From positions 28,024,001 to 28,088,000 of the forward strand of contig NC_043010.1 of assembly GCF_006345805.1 (NCBI RefSeq): a DNA stretch of 64,000 nt, written 5' to 3'. Shown here one piece after another: positions 50,505-64,000 of the stretch. The stretch is from Octopus sinensis. Lineage: Eukaryota. The position numbers and the translations under genes were made by a program. The stretch's first letter is position 1; each line of letters starts with the position of its first letter. The notes under the pieces are model-generated. The model searched no databases, was not told the origin of the DNA, and was given only the letters and a program-made list of their open reading frames with translations.

Positions 50505-51435
50505 TATATCATTATTGTCATGTGTCATACACCTGTAAATATGGGTTTCTTACATAGTCACAGGGCCTCAAATGTATGTGCAGGGTTGGGGTTTGATGTA
50601 ATCAGTTTCAACTCTCCACCACTCAACTGCAGACTCTGCTTCATTAAGACAACAGGTAAACAATCTCAACAAATACAAACTTGGAGCATAAAACTAGGAA
50701 CCATTTTCTCAGTCCCTGTAGCAGTTCCTGTTAATCGACTGCTCTCAGTATTTGTTCATTTATTTGTTTTTACAACTGTTTTTCTATGCTAGCATGGGTT
50801 AGATGAATGTATTTCTATGACAGTGTTTTACAGGTAGACACACTTCTTGTTGATAACCCTTACCTACTTTGCAAATAAAAGGATCTCTTTTATATCACAT
50901 GCCTTCAAAGCTACAATGCCAGTAGATGGTCTGTTGATGGGAGAAATTACCACAATATCATTACTTACAGCACACAATATTCAGAGAAGCATAGATGTAA
51001 ACACCCCCCCCCCAAACTTGTGTGTGTATATATGTATATATAGTGAATCCAAACAAAGAAGAACAAACAAGAAAAAACCATAACGCGAGGATGTGGTACA
51101 AGTAATGTATTATCAGATGCTCAGGAAAGGAAAGAAAGAGGATTTAATGTTTCAAGCAAAGCTCTTCTTTAGAAATAGAGGAAAGTCCAAAAGAAGGGAA
51201 GATGGAGGAAGAAAATCGTCAACGAATCACATGTGGTTACATTTTGAAATATAAGTTAGCATATATATATATACGTAGATATATATATATTTTTTTAAAG
51301 GGCTGAATGTGGATTTGTCCTTTAATTGGAATAGTTTCCAAACGATTTCTAACATTGATTCTTCATACCTTACTTTGGATTTACTGGTGTAAAATGGCAT
51401 AGATATGAAAGGTTATATAAGTATATGAAGTATAA

Positions 51436-51656
51436 GATTTAAGTTATAGAACAAAGTTTGACAAACTCAGTCATATTTTTTGTAAATGGAGGAGATTAGA
51501 TGTTAATATGGAATAAAATATTTTCTATTTATTTCTCTATACAATCGTTTCATACGGAACGAGTGTATGGTGAAATGAATATTCCATATTAACATCTAAT
51601 CTCCTCCATTTACAAAAAATATGACTGAGTTTGTCAAACTTTATTTAATAACTTAA

Positions 51657-51659
<3 letters not shown>
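51436..51659. repeat. Near-perfect hairpin (80-bp arms, about 64 bp perfect, 64-nt loop)
   Basis: aaagtttgacaaactcagtcatattttttgtaaatggaggagattagatgttaatatggaata is mirrored exactly from 51580 onward. Confidence 0.92.
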
Positions 51660-51690
<31 letters not shown>

Positions 51691-52698
51691 AGCAAAACGC
51701 CCCACCCCCCACCCGCCCGTCCAATGGACAGTGCTGAGTTGTCAGACATTTAAACCAAATTTTCTCAAAACAACTTGTCCGATCGTCCCATAGGCCTCCC
51801 TTTGAGAAACACTGATTTAACCTAAATTTGAGACACAAGCAAAAGAAGAAATAAAGATAGACATTTTTTCTATTCCAAAGAAAAACAATTTCTCACGGTT
51901 TTATCGATCGTATTCTCACCTGGAATCGATTTTTGTAATTTTTTCAAGACTTATACATGCCCTAATACTGTCGGTATCTACATATCAAATTTGAATGCAA
52001 TCGGATGGAGGATGCCCGAGATCCTAGAAGACACACACACAGACAGACAGAACGGATTTTATATAATAGATATACACATACACACACACACACACACATA
52101 AATAGTTGTTTCCCTGTTAATCATCATCATTGTTTCAATATATATATAAATAATTTGAGATTTGACTCTTCAATACTTTTTGGTAGAAAAAGAGCCCCTT
52201 TGATCATGAATGAACATGAGATTGCAACTAGAAGGTTACCCTCTGAGGCAAAGTCTGGGCAAGGTTGTTTTATGGAAGACCTGCAGTCACCCACGCATAC
52301 CAGCCTCTCCTCTCTATGCCATTGATGTTATCCAAGGAAAAGGTAAAGGGGCCAATACAGCTTGGCACCAGTGATGTAACAACTTGTTTCTACAGCTGAG
52401 TGAACTGGAGCAAGAACACAACACACAGCCTGGTCTGGGAATCGAACTCACAACCTCATGATTGTAAGCCCACTGAGCCATGCACCTTCACCACTTCTTG
52501 GTAGAGTGCATCTTTAACTTTTACAAGGAAAAGGTTGCCAGTGACCATAATTCTAATTTTGGCACAAGGTCAGGAATTTTCAATGTAAGGGGAAGATGAT
52601 TACATATGCTCGGCTGGTGCTATTTTATCAACTTTAATAAGAATTGAACTCAGAACATAAAACCAGAAGAAATGCTACCGTGCATTTTGACTGGCGTA

Positions 52699-52908
52699 CT
52701 AACAATTCCGCCAAGTAACAATTCTGTCAACTAACAATTCTACCAACTAACAATTCTGCCAAGTAACAATTCTGCCAACTATCAATTCCGCCAACTAACA
52801 ATTCCACCAACTAACAATTCTGCCAATTAACAATTCTGCCTATTAACAATTCTACCAAGTAACAATTCTGCCAAGTAACAATTCTGCCAAGTAACAATTC
52901 TGCCAACT
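52699..52908. repeat. 16-bp minisatellite (AACAATTCTGCCAA[G/C]T), about 13 copies
   Basis: Direct tandem copies continuing from a SINE fragment. Confidence 0.92.
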
Positions 52909-53744
52909 TGTCACTTTATATAAAGCAATAAACAACAGCATGTAGAATACTGGGTAAAAAAAAAACCTTGGAGGGAAAAACAAGGGGCAAATGTTGCCTA
53001 TGGAAGTCAAATGCTTTCCTTCCATCCACATTTTATATTTTTGCACCAAAATAAAAATTTAACATCAGTGAAGACTTCAACGAAGATTAATTATAAAAAA
53101 AAAAGCAAAAAAAAATTTCTTGTCCAAACTGCATTCTCTGTAGATTATGTCAAGAACAAATCATCAGAGTTGACTAAATCCTCGTTAACTTTTCAAATTT
53201 TCACCTTAATGAATCAGATATTTACTCAGGGTTCGTTTCATCTCTCAAATTTTTATACCCAACCCCTGCTTACTGCTGCCACCACCATTACCATCATCCA
53301 TCATCAAAATCATCATCATCACCACCAACTTACTATGAATCTTTCTATAAAACTCCATCCTTCCTCTCTGAATGCATATAATACAATCTACCATTCCTCC
53401 CTTTTCTGTTCCCTTAACATCCAACATCTATCAACCCCTGTTCACTACTACATCTGACTGGCTCCCTTCAATGAGGACCTTCCCCAACAACTTCCTCCAA
53501 CAACGATGCAAACACAACAAAATTACTGATCCTTAACACCACCACCATAACGCAAACACTAAAAGACAAAAACAAAATTTTTTTAAATTCAAAAGCAAAC
53601 CTCCACCCACCCACCCACCAAGAAGGAACCCTAAAAACAAATAAACAAATAACTATTACGAGCTAGAACTCACAATCTCTTGAAATTTTTACATGGAAGA
53701 CTGGATCAATATCTTATTTAATTTATTTATATATTTCATTTTAC

Positions 53745-54062
53745 CCTTTACATGTGTGTGTATAAATATGTATGTGTGCATATATATATATGCATATGTA
53801 TATATATGTGTGTGTATATATGTATGGATATATATATGCATATATATATATACATACATACATACATATATGTGTATATATATATATACATACATACATA
53901 CATATGTATATATATATATATATATAGATATACATACATACATACATATATATATATAATATATATATATATAACATACATACATATATATATATATATA
54001 TACACATACATACATATATATAATATATATATATATATATATACACATACATACATATATAT

Positions 54063-54096
<34 letters not shown>

Positions 54097-54097
54097 C

Positions 54098-54142
<45 letters not shown>

Positions 54143-54260
54143 CATGCAGATATATACATACATATATATATGTGTACACATGTATATGCATATATATATA
54201 TATAACATATATACACATGTATATGCATATATATATATATATACACACAGACGTGTGTGT
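53745..54260. repeat. Compound (TA)n/(TACA)n microsatellite; similar tracts at 58770-59020 and many shorter ones
   Basis: Low complexity; source of the spurious YIYI ORFs. Confidence 0.95.
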
Positions 54261-54585
54261 ATCAGGAATGTTCTGAAAGAAAGACAGCTGAGGCTAGGAA
54301 TGGTTAAGAACATTATTATATATTTTCTTTAAAAAATTTATTGTCGGACTAATTTTAAACAACTCAATGTTTGTTTAGAATTTTATTTGTCAATCTTTTT
54401 TACCATCTTAGTATATTTTTTTTTCTTTCTCTCCTTTTAGCACACTGTATACAAATTTAAAATATATATCCTTCATACACACACATAAACCTATTATTTT
54501 AAACTACAAATTTTGGGAATGTAATATGTCTTTGATTCAAATAATTTGGAAAATAAAAAATTAGTTAAATAATTGTCATTATTAA

Positions 54586-54806
54586 CCCTTTCGTTACTGT
54601 ATTTATTTGGAGATGCTCTTTGTTTCTTTCAATTAATTTTAAATATAACAAAGAATTTAGTAAAATAACTTAGTTATCATTAAGCTAGTGTTAGGAACAT
54701 AAATTGTGACAAAGGTTTGGTGGAAGATTTTAATTCAGAACTTTTGAAAGCAAGACATTTGTACTACAGAGCCAGACTGGTTTCAGCCAGGTTGGTAGCA
54801 AAAGGG
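54586..54806. mobile_element. piggyBac-type MITE (221 bp)
   Basis: TTAA|CCCTTTCGTTAC ... GTAGCAAAAGGG|TTAA. Confidence 0.85.
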
Positions 54807-56475
54807 TTAAGTTGATGCTTGGAATATAATTCAACACTAAATTTTGAAAGAAACTTTTCATCAAGATTAATTTAACCCTTTTGTCACCATGTATCTGCTG
54901 AAAAACACCGCCTTAGCTTCGATAAATGTGGACAATAATGAAGAATTTAGTAAAATAACTGTTATTATTAAGCTGGTGCTCATAACATATGAGATTTTGA
55001 TGGTACATTTTAATTTAGATCACTTTAGCCCTTTTGTTACCATACACTGCATTTGTTTTGATTTTGAAAATTATGAAGAATTTAGTAGAACAACTCATTA
55101 AGCTAGTGTTTGGAACATTAACATGAAATTTAGATTCAGATTACTTTAACCCTTTTCTTACCATATTTGTATTGAAATATACACTGCCTTTGTTTGAATC
55201 ACTTTAAGACAAGAAGTTTGTATCATATAACCAGAGGTGGTCACAAGTGGGTTGCTATCAAAAGGGTTAATTCTCTCTCTTCACAGTTAGGAAATATTTC
55301 AGCATAGAAAAACTAACGAAACTCTTCAGAATCTCAACAATATAACCAGGATGAAGGCCTCTAACTAGATCAGTGGCCTTTTTCTACTTTCAATCACTAG
55401 TTAAAGCTACTGTAAACCACCAGCTCAATCTGCTAAAAATAGCAGTCAAATCTTCCTCAAATTACACTCTATTATCTTACAACTAACAAAGGATACACAT
55501 TGTATAATGTAGATACACAATCTAAAAAATAGACAGGATTGACATGGCTGGATTGCCTTTGATCATAAGTCTGCTTGATCAGCACTGATCTGAGGTTACA
55601 AAATAAGTCATCTTTTCTCAACTGTTAAAGTATGAATGTCCCTAGTGAGTTCTCAAGCAAGCTTAATGATTGATATTATTTTGCCAAGTACAGGTGACAA
55701 CTACAAACATGTTCCATCCTTATTACACATCTTCAGCAAAAACAAAGTTCACTTTCACTTGCCATAGAGGCAATGAGAGAATCACTATTTTGATTAAAAA
55801 AAAATCTTGAACGATATTGTTCATCTTTATGATTCTTTCATCATTACTTTTGCAAGATAAGGAAAAAAAAAAAAAAAACAGCAAAGACTGTACTTCACAG
55901 AAGAGGTTTGTCAAGACTAAAACATGCCTGGAATTGTCTCCCATATCTGTCAAAATCATTAAAACAATATTTGTTGTCTTAAAATCCAATTCTCCATGCT
56001 TGCATGAGTCAGATGGAATTCACTACAGTAGATACTCTATGGCCACATGCCTTTCCTGTTGCCAATCCTCACCTGTTATTGAGCCAGGTGATACTTCCCT
56101 TTGACTAAACTTATTTTTTGAAAGACTAGAAACAAATGACACCACTTATATAAATGTGATACTCGATTACTCAATATCAGGACAGGGAGACACAAACACA
56201 AGTTTTGTCATCAGGTCCACTTTACCATTCTTGTGTGAACCAAAACGGGATTTGTTGAGGCAGATTTTCTCCAGATAGATATTCTGTCATCAACCCTACT
56301 TGGTTCCAAGCCAGGTAATACTTCCCAATGGTCAAGCATGTTTTTCATGGGTGACTGGAAACAAACAACCCCACTCGTATAACAATGCCGTTCATTTACA
56401 GCCATCACAGGATGTCTAGACAAGGGTACAAACGCATAAATATGTGTGCATATATATGTATATATATGATGATGA

Positions 56476-56550
<75 letters not shown>

Positions 56551-57337
56551 ATGTATATACATACACACACATGCTGGGCTTCTTTCAGGTTCTGTCTGCC
56601 AAATCCATTCACAGGGTTTTGGTTGGCCTGGGGCTATAATAGAAGACACTTACCCAAGGTGCCACACAGCAGGACTGAACCCAAGACCACATGTTTGGGA
56701 AGCAAGAGTTTTAATTACACATCCACAGTTGCACACACATACATATAAAAACACACAATTATATATATATACAAACACATGTGCATGCACATAAACTGCT
56801 ACATATAACATTGGGTTTCTTTTGGTTTCCATTTACCAAATCCACTCACAAGGCTTTGGTCATCTGGGGTCTGTAGCAGGAGTCACTTGCCCAAGGTGTC
56901 ATGCAGTGGGATTGAACCCAAAAACATGCAGCTGGGAAGCAAACTTCTCAAGCACATAATCATTCCTGTGTCTATAGTTTATATACAAACATCTAACAAA
57001 CTGACAATGAGGGAGCCTCCAGAAGGCTGCTTGGACTGCTAGAACTAGAAGTCAAATATCTCTCCAAACACACCACTTCTGACCAAACAGGAAATGACAC
57101 ATTAGGTAATGTGGTTGTAGATATCTCTAGAAAACAGAATCAACAAGCCCAGGATGCTGCTGACCATTGCTTAGCCCTGTTCAATCAAGGATGAACTGGG
57201 ACAAAATGACAGTAATTAAAATTTAAGGAATTACAGAGACAATAAAATTTTGGAAAAGAAAAAGTGCATTTAACTCCTTAGCATTCAAACTATTCTGTCA
57301 AATGTAAGGCTTATTTACTCACATTGTTTTGAATTAA

Positions 57338-57558
57338 CCCTTTTGTTACCAACCTCGCTGAAACCACCTCTGGCACTGAATACAAATGTCTTGTTTTCAT
57401 AAGTTTTGAATTAAAATTTTCCACCAAACCTTAGTCACAATCTATGTTCCTAACACTAGCTTAATGTTAACTAAGTTATTTTACTAAATTCTTTGTAATA
57501 TTTAAAATTAATTGAAAGAAACACAGAGCATCTCAACAAAAATATGGTAACAAAAGGG
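57338..57558. mobile_element. piggyBac-type MITE nested in a TTAA of another MITE (57270-57722)
   Basis: gaa-TTAA|CCCTTTTG...CAAAAGGG|TTAA-tcat; the host sequence continues on both sides. Confidence 0.85.
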
Positions 57559-58771
57559 TTAATCATAGTTTATCTCATAGCTTCAAGATTTTGGCGATGT
57601 GGTTGTTTATCTTTAGAATGATATTGTAGGGGATGTGTGAGAGGCTGGATCTGGTTGGTTTGAACATAAAAACAAGTTGAATATTTGAGCCAGATATGGT
57701 CAATTTAAATCCTAAATGGTTAGAATTTATCTGAAATTGGAGCCTAAATACCTAGGTGCTGGGAAATGTCTCTCTTCCCATCTTTAACTCTTTTGATTTC
57801 AACCTGCCCAGTAGAAACAAGGACTTCATTGAAGCCCAATGTCTGTTTTGGGGTGGTTTCTACAGCTGCATGCCCTTCTTAACATCAACCACTTTACAGC
57901 ATGTACTGAGTGTTTTTTTTTTCCATGGCACCAACACTAGTGAGATCACCATGCAGCCTGTAAGACTACAATCCCCTTCAACTGAGAGGGGTTGCAGTTG
58001 AGAGGAAAGTGGCTTTATGCTATGGGATGAGGGATTAAAGAGAGCAAGGTTTAGAACAGAACAGGTTTCTTGCAGAAAAGTGACAAGGCTACTTTTAGAA
58101 GAGAGAAGGGACATAGCTGGAGTAGAACTGGTAAGAGAGATAAAAAGTACTGATGGTGAGGTGCCAGGACCCTTAACGTGACCCTTAAGGTGAGCAGAAG
58201 TGATCGGGGGGGGGGACACAGAAGTACAGATAGATTGGGTGGTTAGAGTTTACAAGAGTATATGGGGAAAGTGATGGCTGGTTAGAGAGGTATGGTATGA
58301 GAGAGAGAAAATGTACAGATGTGATGTTTTTATCTTTTACCCAGGAGGGAAAGCACTGCACATGATAGGGCCTCTGATACAGACAGGACGGAGGGTGGGA
58401 GGGATTTCAAACCTGAAAGCTTCCCTCCCCCCGAATGCTTACAATAGAATGGATCCCACTAAAGATACCCCAGGTGCCTGGTGGCGGCGTTAAACTGGAA
58501 GATGGATCGAGTTTCTCACTAAAGTAGACCGTGGCAGGGGTTGTAACAAATACCATGAGGCAACCAGTCTGACATTCATACAATCCACCACTACCCTGGT
58601 ACTACTTTACTGACCCTGAAAGAATGAAATGGTAAAGCTAACCTCGGCTGGATTTGAACTTAGAGCAGAGAGAGTCTGAACTAATACAACAAAGCATTCT
58701 ATCCAACACTGAAACGATTCTTATTTCTTTATTTGCTTTCTTAGATAGCTAAGAGAGATAGAAGGACATAA

Positions 58772-58859
<88 letters not shown>

Positions 58860-58897
58860 CATACATATATATATATATATATATTACATACATATAT

Positions 58898-58950
<53 letters not shown>

Positions 58951-59199
58951 ACATACATATATATACATATATATATACATATATATATACATACATATAT
59001 ATACATATACTTATACACAAGAGACTTCTGCAGTTTCCATCAATTAAATTCCACTGACAAGGAATTTTTCAACCTGCGGAGCTGTGGAGTGGAATAAACC
59101 TGGGAATATTTGGTTGCTAAGCAAATCTTTTAACCACACAGCACACCCTTGTCATTCTGTGTGTGTGTGTGTGAATCACATACTTGCACATCCATATAG

Positions 59200-59267
<68 letters not shown>

Positions 59268-59661
59268 TACATATATATACACACACACCTATATATTTTT
59301 ATTCTTTTATTTGTTTCAGACATTTAACTGTGACCATGGTGCAGCACTATCTTTAGTCAAACAAATCAAGCCTGGTACTTATTCTATTGATCTCTTTTAC
59401 TGAACTGCTAAGTTACGGGGACATAAACATCAACATCAGTTGTCAAGCGATGGTGGAGTGACAAACACAGACACAAACATATATATATATATATATACAA
59501 TGGGCTTCTTTCTGTTTCCATCTACCAAATCCACTCACAAGGCTCTGGTTAGCCTGAGGCTATACTTAGATGATACTTGCCCAAGGTGCCATGCAGTGGG
59601 ACTGAACCAGGGACCATGTGGTTGGTAAGCAAGCTACTTACCACGCAGCCACTCCTGCACA

Positions 59662-59703
<42 letters not shown>

Positions 59704-59901
59704 ATCTTGTTTTAGACATTAGACTGCGACCATGCTGGAGCACTGCCTTGAAGAATGTTAGTTATACGAATCAACTCCAGTACTTAATTTTTTTTTAAGC
59801 CTAGTGTTCATTCTATCAGTCTCTTTGGCCAAACGCCTAGCTTACTGGGATGTAAACACAGCAACACTGGTTTTCAAGCAGTACATGGGGACAAACAAAC
59901 A

Positions 59902-59940
<39 letters not shown>

Positions 59941-60641
59941 CACACACACGTCAGGCGTATCTTCAGTTTCCATCCACCAAACCCATTGACAATGCTTTGG
60001 TAAGCCTAAGGCTGTAGTAGAAGAGACTTGCCCAAAGTGACATGAGGTGAGACTGAACCTGGAACTATGGGGTTGGGAAGTAAACTTCTTACCACACAGC
60101 CATTCCTGCAGGTAAACAGACAGACAGGTAGGTACACAGATAGGTAGGTAGGTAGACAAATAAACAGATATGTAGACAGACAGATATATATATATAGATA
60201 GATAGATAGGTGGGTGGATGGATAGATAAACAGATATTCTATTTAATCCATGAAAGCATGGAAAAACTGAAGTGAGATAAATGTTAAATATGAGAGTAGT
60301 GAGTGTGTGTGTTAGTGTGTGAATGTATGTATAAAATGTATATGAACTTAGATAGTACAATCTTAGTTAATCTAAAGACACAGCTCAACAAGTAGCCAGT
60401 GCTATGATTTTATATATAATGATGATGGTGATGGTGATGATGATGTCTATGTGAATTAAACAAACTGGAAAAGAAAAGACCTTAAATGTAGCACACAAAG
60501 AAAGCATAGAAATATTTACCACAAGTGTAAATCCACTGACCATGAGGACGATTGCAGGACATTTTGAGGCCTGAATTTGATTCCATAATATGGCAATCAT
60601 AACACACATCTGACACAAGGGTGTATCAAACACTTGATTTT

Positions 60642-60700
<59 letters not shown>

Positions 60701-61417
60701 GTGTCTACCTATGTATGTGTGTATCTAGGTAAATTGCAACATAGAAGCAGTAAATTTCGTCATCAAATTGTGTTCTGCTCACTCTAAGAAAAATGGTTAG
60801 AATTTTTTCTAAAATAAATAAATAAATAAATAAGGGAGTAGCTTCTCGTTATTGCAATAAAGTGAGAATATGAACATCAATTTTTAAAAAAAATATATGA
60901 GCCATGCTTAAAATATAAAGAGCCTAGCATTGCTATCTACATACATATAGATGTACACATTCAACGTTGTGAAGTTAAAAGATATCCCTTGACTTTTATG
61001 CAATAATTCTTGCCATAAATAAATACGATTTAATGATATGATTTATAAAAATTAATAAATAAATAAAATAAAGAATGAATGACAGAGGACGGCAAGAACA
61101 ATAAGAACAACAAGGTTGTAGTGGAAACAATGCACTGTCATATAATAGGCTAAAAAAAATATTAAAAAAGAAGGAAGCTTTAAACAAAGCAATGAAATTC
61201 TTTCAAAAATCTCTCTTCATACAGGGAAAAATATCGATCGATATTGAAATATCTAAACACACTATAATATTGGAATACATTTTATATTTATAGAATATTA
61301 GTTCTAGGCCCCCTCCCTGCCACCACCACCACCACCACTATCACCCTAATTTTTTTAAAAATTTTATCCTATTTTATTTAAAGCAAACGTCTTTGTCTGC
61401 GGTTGTGAGTGCGTGTA

Positions 61418-61502
<85 letters not shown>

Positions 61503-62523
61503 GTGTGTGTATGTGTGTGTGTGTGTGTTGCCAAAATGTGTTTAATCTTGACTATTTAGGTTCAATAAGGAAATGTTTTCTGTAAAAATAAAGCTTATAG
61601 CTTGGTCTGCGTACAGGCAGTATGTTATATACTTGTGTGTGTGTATGTATATATATATATATATATATATAGTAATATTTACGAACGTGTATGGTTGTAT
61701 GCGTGTATGAGGGTTATACTCGCATTAATGTGCGTGCGACCGTGAGTGTGTGTGTGTATATATATACGTGCATGCTTGTATAATTTAATGTGCTATAAAC
61801 GGCGCACAATATTGATAATTCTTCTTATTTAATAAATATTTCTGTACAAACAGAAATTCGCGCGCGCACACAGACACAAAAATATATGTATATCTATCAA
61901 TTTATACACACACAAGACCGTGCGCGCACACGTACACACAGGCACGCGTACACTCACACATACAGACATAATATTATATATATATATATATATATGCATG
62001 CATATACATGTGTACATACATACACGCACATGTCTATATACACACACACGAGCGTATATGTACGTATGTATATATGTATGCATCTATATTATGAGTTGTG
62101 GAAGAAAGAAAGACAAACGGAGGAATTCAGTTTGACAGTTCTACGCGAAGTAGTCAGAAATATTGATTTAATTCTTTACATATGCAAAACGAGGGAGATT
62201 TTATAAAAATGGAAGGGATATGGGTGGAGAGAACAAATACAATAAATATGATTCTGTGACATTCATGCATTTCTCGTTGATATTGGTCACAAAAATGAAG
62301 TGAAATGAGACGAGTTTGATACGGCAAGTTTGGATGTTAATTAAAGTGAGAGAAAAAAAACTTTTATTTCCAACTTGGGTTTTTTTCTTCTTGTATTAAA
62401 TAAGAAAACAAGAACGACCAAACGTGTGTGTAGGGGTACATGACAAAATTTGTGGGGTGGGGCACAACAAACAAACACACACACACACACACATATATAT
62501 ATACATATGTATGTATGTATATA

Positions 62524-62587
<64 letters not shown>

Positions 62588-63699
62588 GTATATAATTACG
62601 TGTATATAGACTGTAATAAGGTCGAAATCGAGCTGGGTGTGGAACTATGAATTTACCAATAATACACGCAATGTTTGTGTTTTTGTATGAGTCTGTATAA
62701 TAGATCTGTGTGCGTGTGCATTGATAGATAATATAATTAGGGCAAACACACATATACACTACATGTGTATGTGTTTATGTATAGTTTTATTTGTGTTTCT
62801 GTGAGTGCGCGCGCGTGTATATATATATATATATATATGCACACACTTCCACCTAAACTATATAAGACACATATACAAATGCAAATTATACAACCATATC
62901 TAAAATACAAAAACATACGTATACACAAACGCATACTAGAAATACCAAGCGTACACATACACGAATGTATATACACATATGCAGGTATATCTATGTTTGC
63001 GTGTGTAAAACTATGACTGTAAATTATCAAATTGAAGTTTTTTGTACCATGGCTTTTAATATTAGTTCAGTCAAACAACAGCGATGAGTGTTATGGTAGA
63101 ATTAATCAGAACGGAGAGTGGGGAATTGTGTGAATATACACACACACACACAATATACTTACGGGTGGGGGTTACTACTGGCTAAATTAGCAATGTAATA
63201 TGCTGTGTTGTCGTGTACCTACATACTTCCCATATTACGAACCGGCCTTGTTTAATTGTTAACTTTATTAGTGTATATAGACAAACACACACACACACAC
63301 GTCTGTGTGTGTGGGTGTTTATATATGAGTCTGTGTAGAGTTTACTTGTTTGTTATTATTTTTTTCATTTCAAACTGAATAAAGAAACAATTCTGAAAGT
63401 GTAACGGCAAGAGACCCCTAAACAGATTTTTCTGTTTATGCACATTTCTGCAGCACCCACAAATAAATAAATAAATAAATAAATATATATATATTGTAAA
63501 TAGAATTATAAACTTTCACCGTATATATTGATTATAGAAAATACGGGGAAAGCTTTTCTATTTACAAAATGTTCAATCGTCAACATTCATTCGTTATAAA
63601 AGCGTAGAATATGTACACAAAAACATGATTATATGTGAGCGTGTGTGTATAAGTTGGAATACAGGAAAGAAGAATGGTTATGAATTAATATTGAATGTA

Positions 63700-63960
63700 C
63701 AATTTCGCGCACATTTGGAAATACCTGCAGACATTTCGTTCAATATAAACAAGCAGAATGGAATTGGTAAAGAGTTGGTACTATGAAGAGAGTCGGCGGT
63801 GAGTTTGGTGTGGAGTTAAGCCGACAGCGGCGAAGGTCCATGAACGTCTCAGTCAGTTGTACACACACACATGCTGCTTACAAACAGGAAGTAATTCATG
63901 GCTAATTTCATGAATGGGCACAACCACCGGATATGACGTCATCGCCATTCCAGTTACCGA
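63700..63960. promoter_or_regulatory. Promoter-like CpG-rich motif cluster
   Basis: TTTCGCGC (E2F, 63703), ACAGGAAGT (ETS, 63884), TGACGTCA (CRE, 63934), CGCCAT (YY1-like, 63943). Confidence 0.45.
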
Positions 63961-64000
63961 AATCGCTTCCCAGGCGCAGGAGTTGCTTGTTGGTCTTCGA

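Noticed and set aside
53689-54332. Long [12 protein letters not shown] ORFs here and elsewhere
   Set aside because: Translations of microsatellites.

Overview
AT-rich, repeat-dense animal genomic DNA. The repeat content looks like octopus/cephalopod, which is an inference from the tRNA-derived SINEs, RTE 3' tails ending in (GAT)n, Penelope pLTRs, TTAA MITEs and (TA)n/(CA)n tracts. Nearly all listed ORFs are spurious. Reading splice sites by hand gives one large minus-strand gene with 14 GT-AG, phase-consistent coding exons from 39258 down to 4608 (1758 nt, 586 aa, no internal stop). It is still open at its 3' end, so it continues past position 1. Predicted architecture: short Cys-rich N-terminus, two tandem beta-grasp/ubiquitin-like repeats, a SARM1/bacterial TIR_2-like TIR domain with the catalytic Glu, a linker, then a second TIR domain with Gln at that position. 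The introns hold Penelope-like fragments with hammerhead-ribozyme motifs (often as inverted pairs), RTE, RLE-type LINE and Tc1 remnants, piggyBac-type MITEs (one nested), several long hairpins and minisatellites. There is also a possible antisense exon pair with a cystine-knot-like motif, and a promoter-like motif cluster at the right edge.
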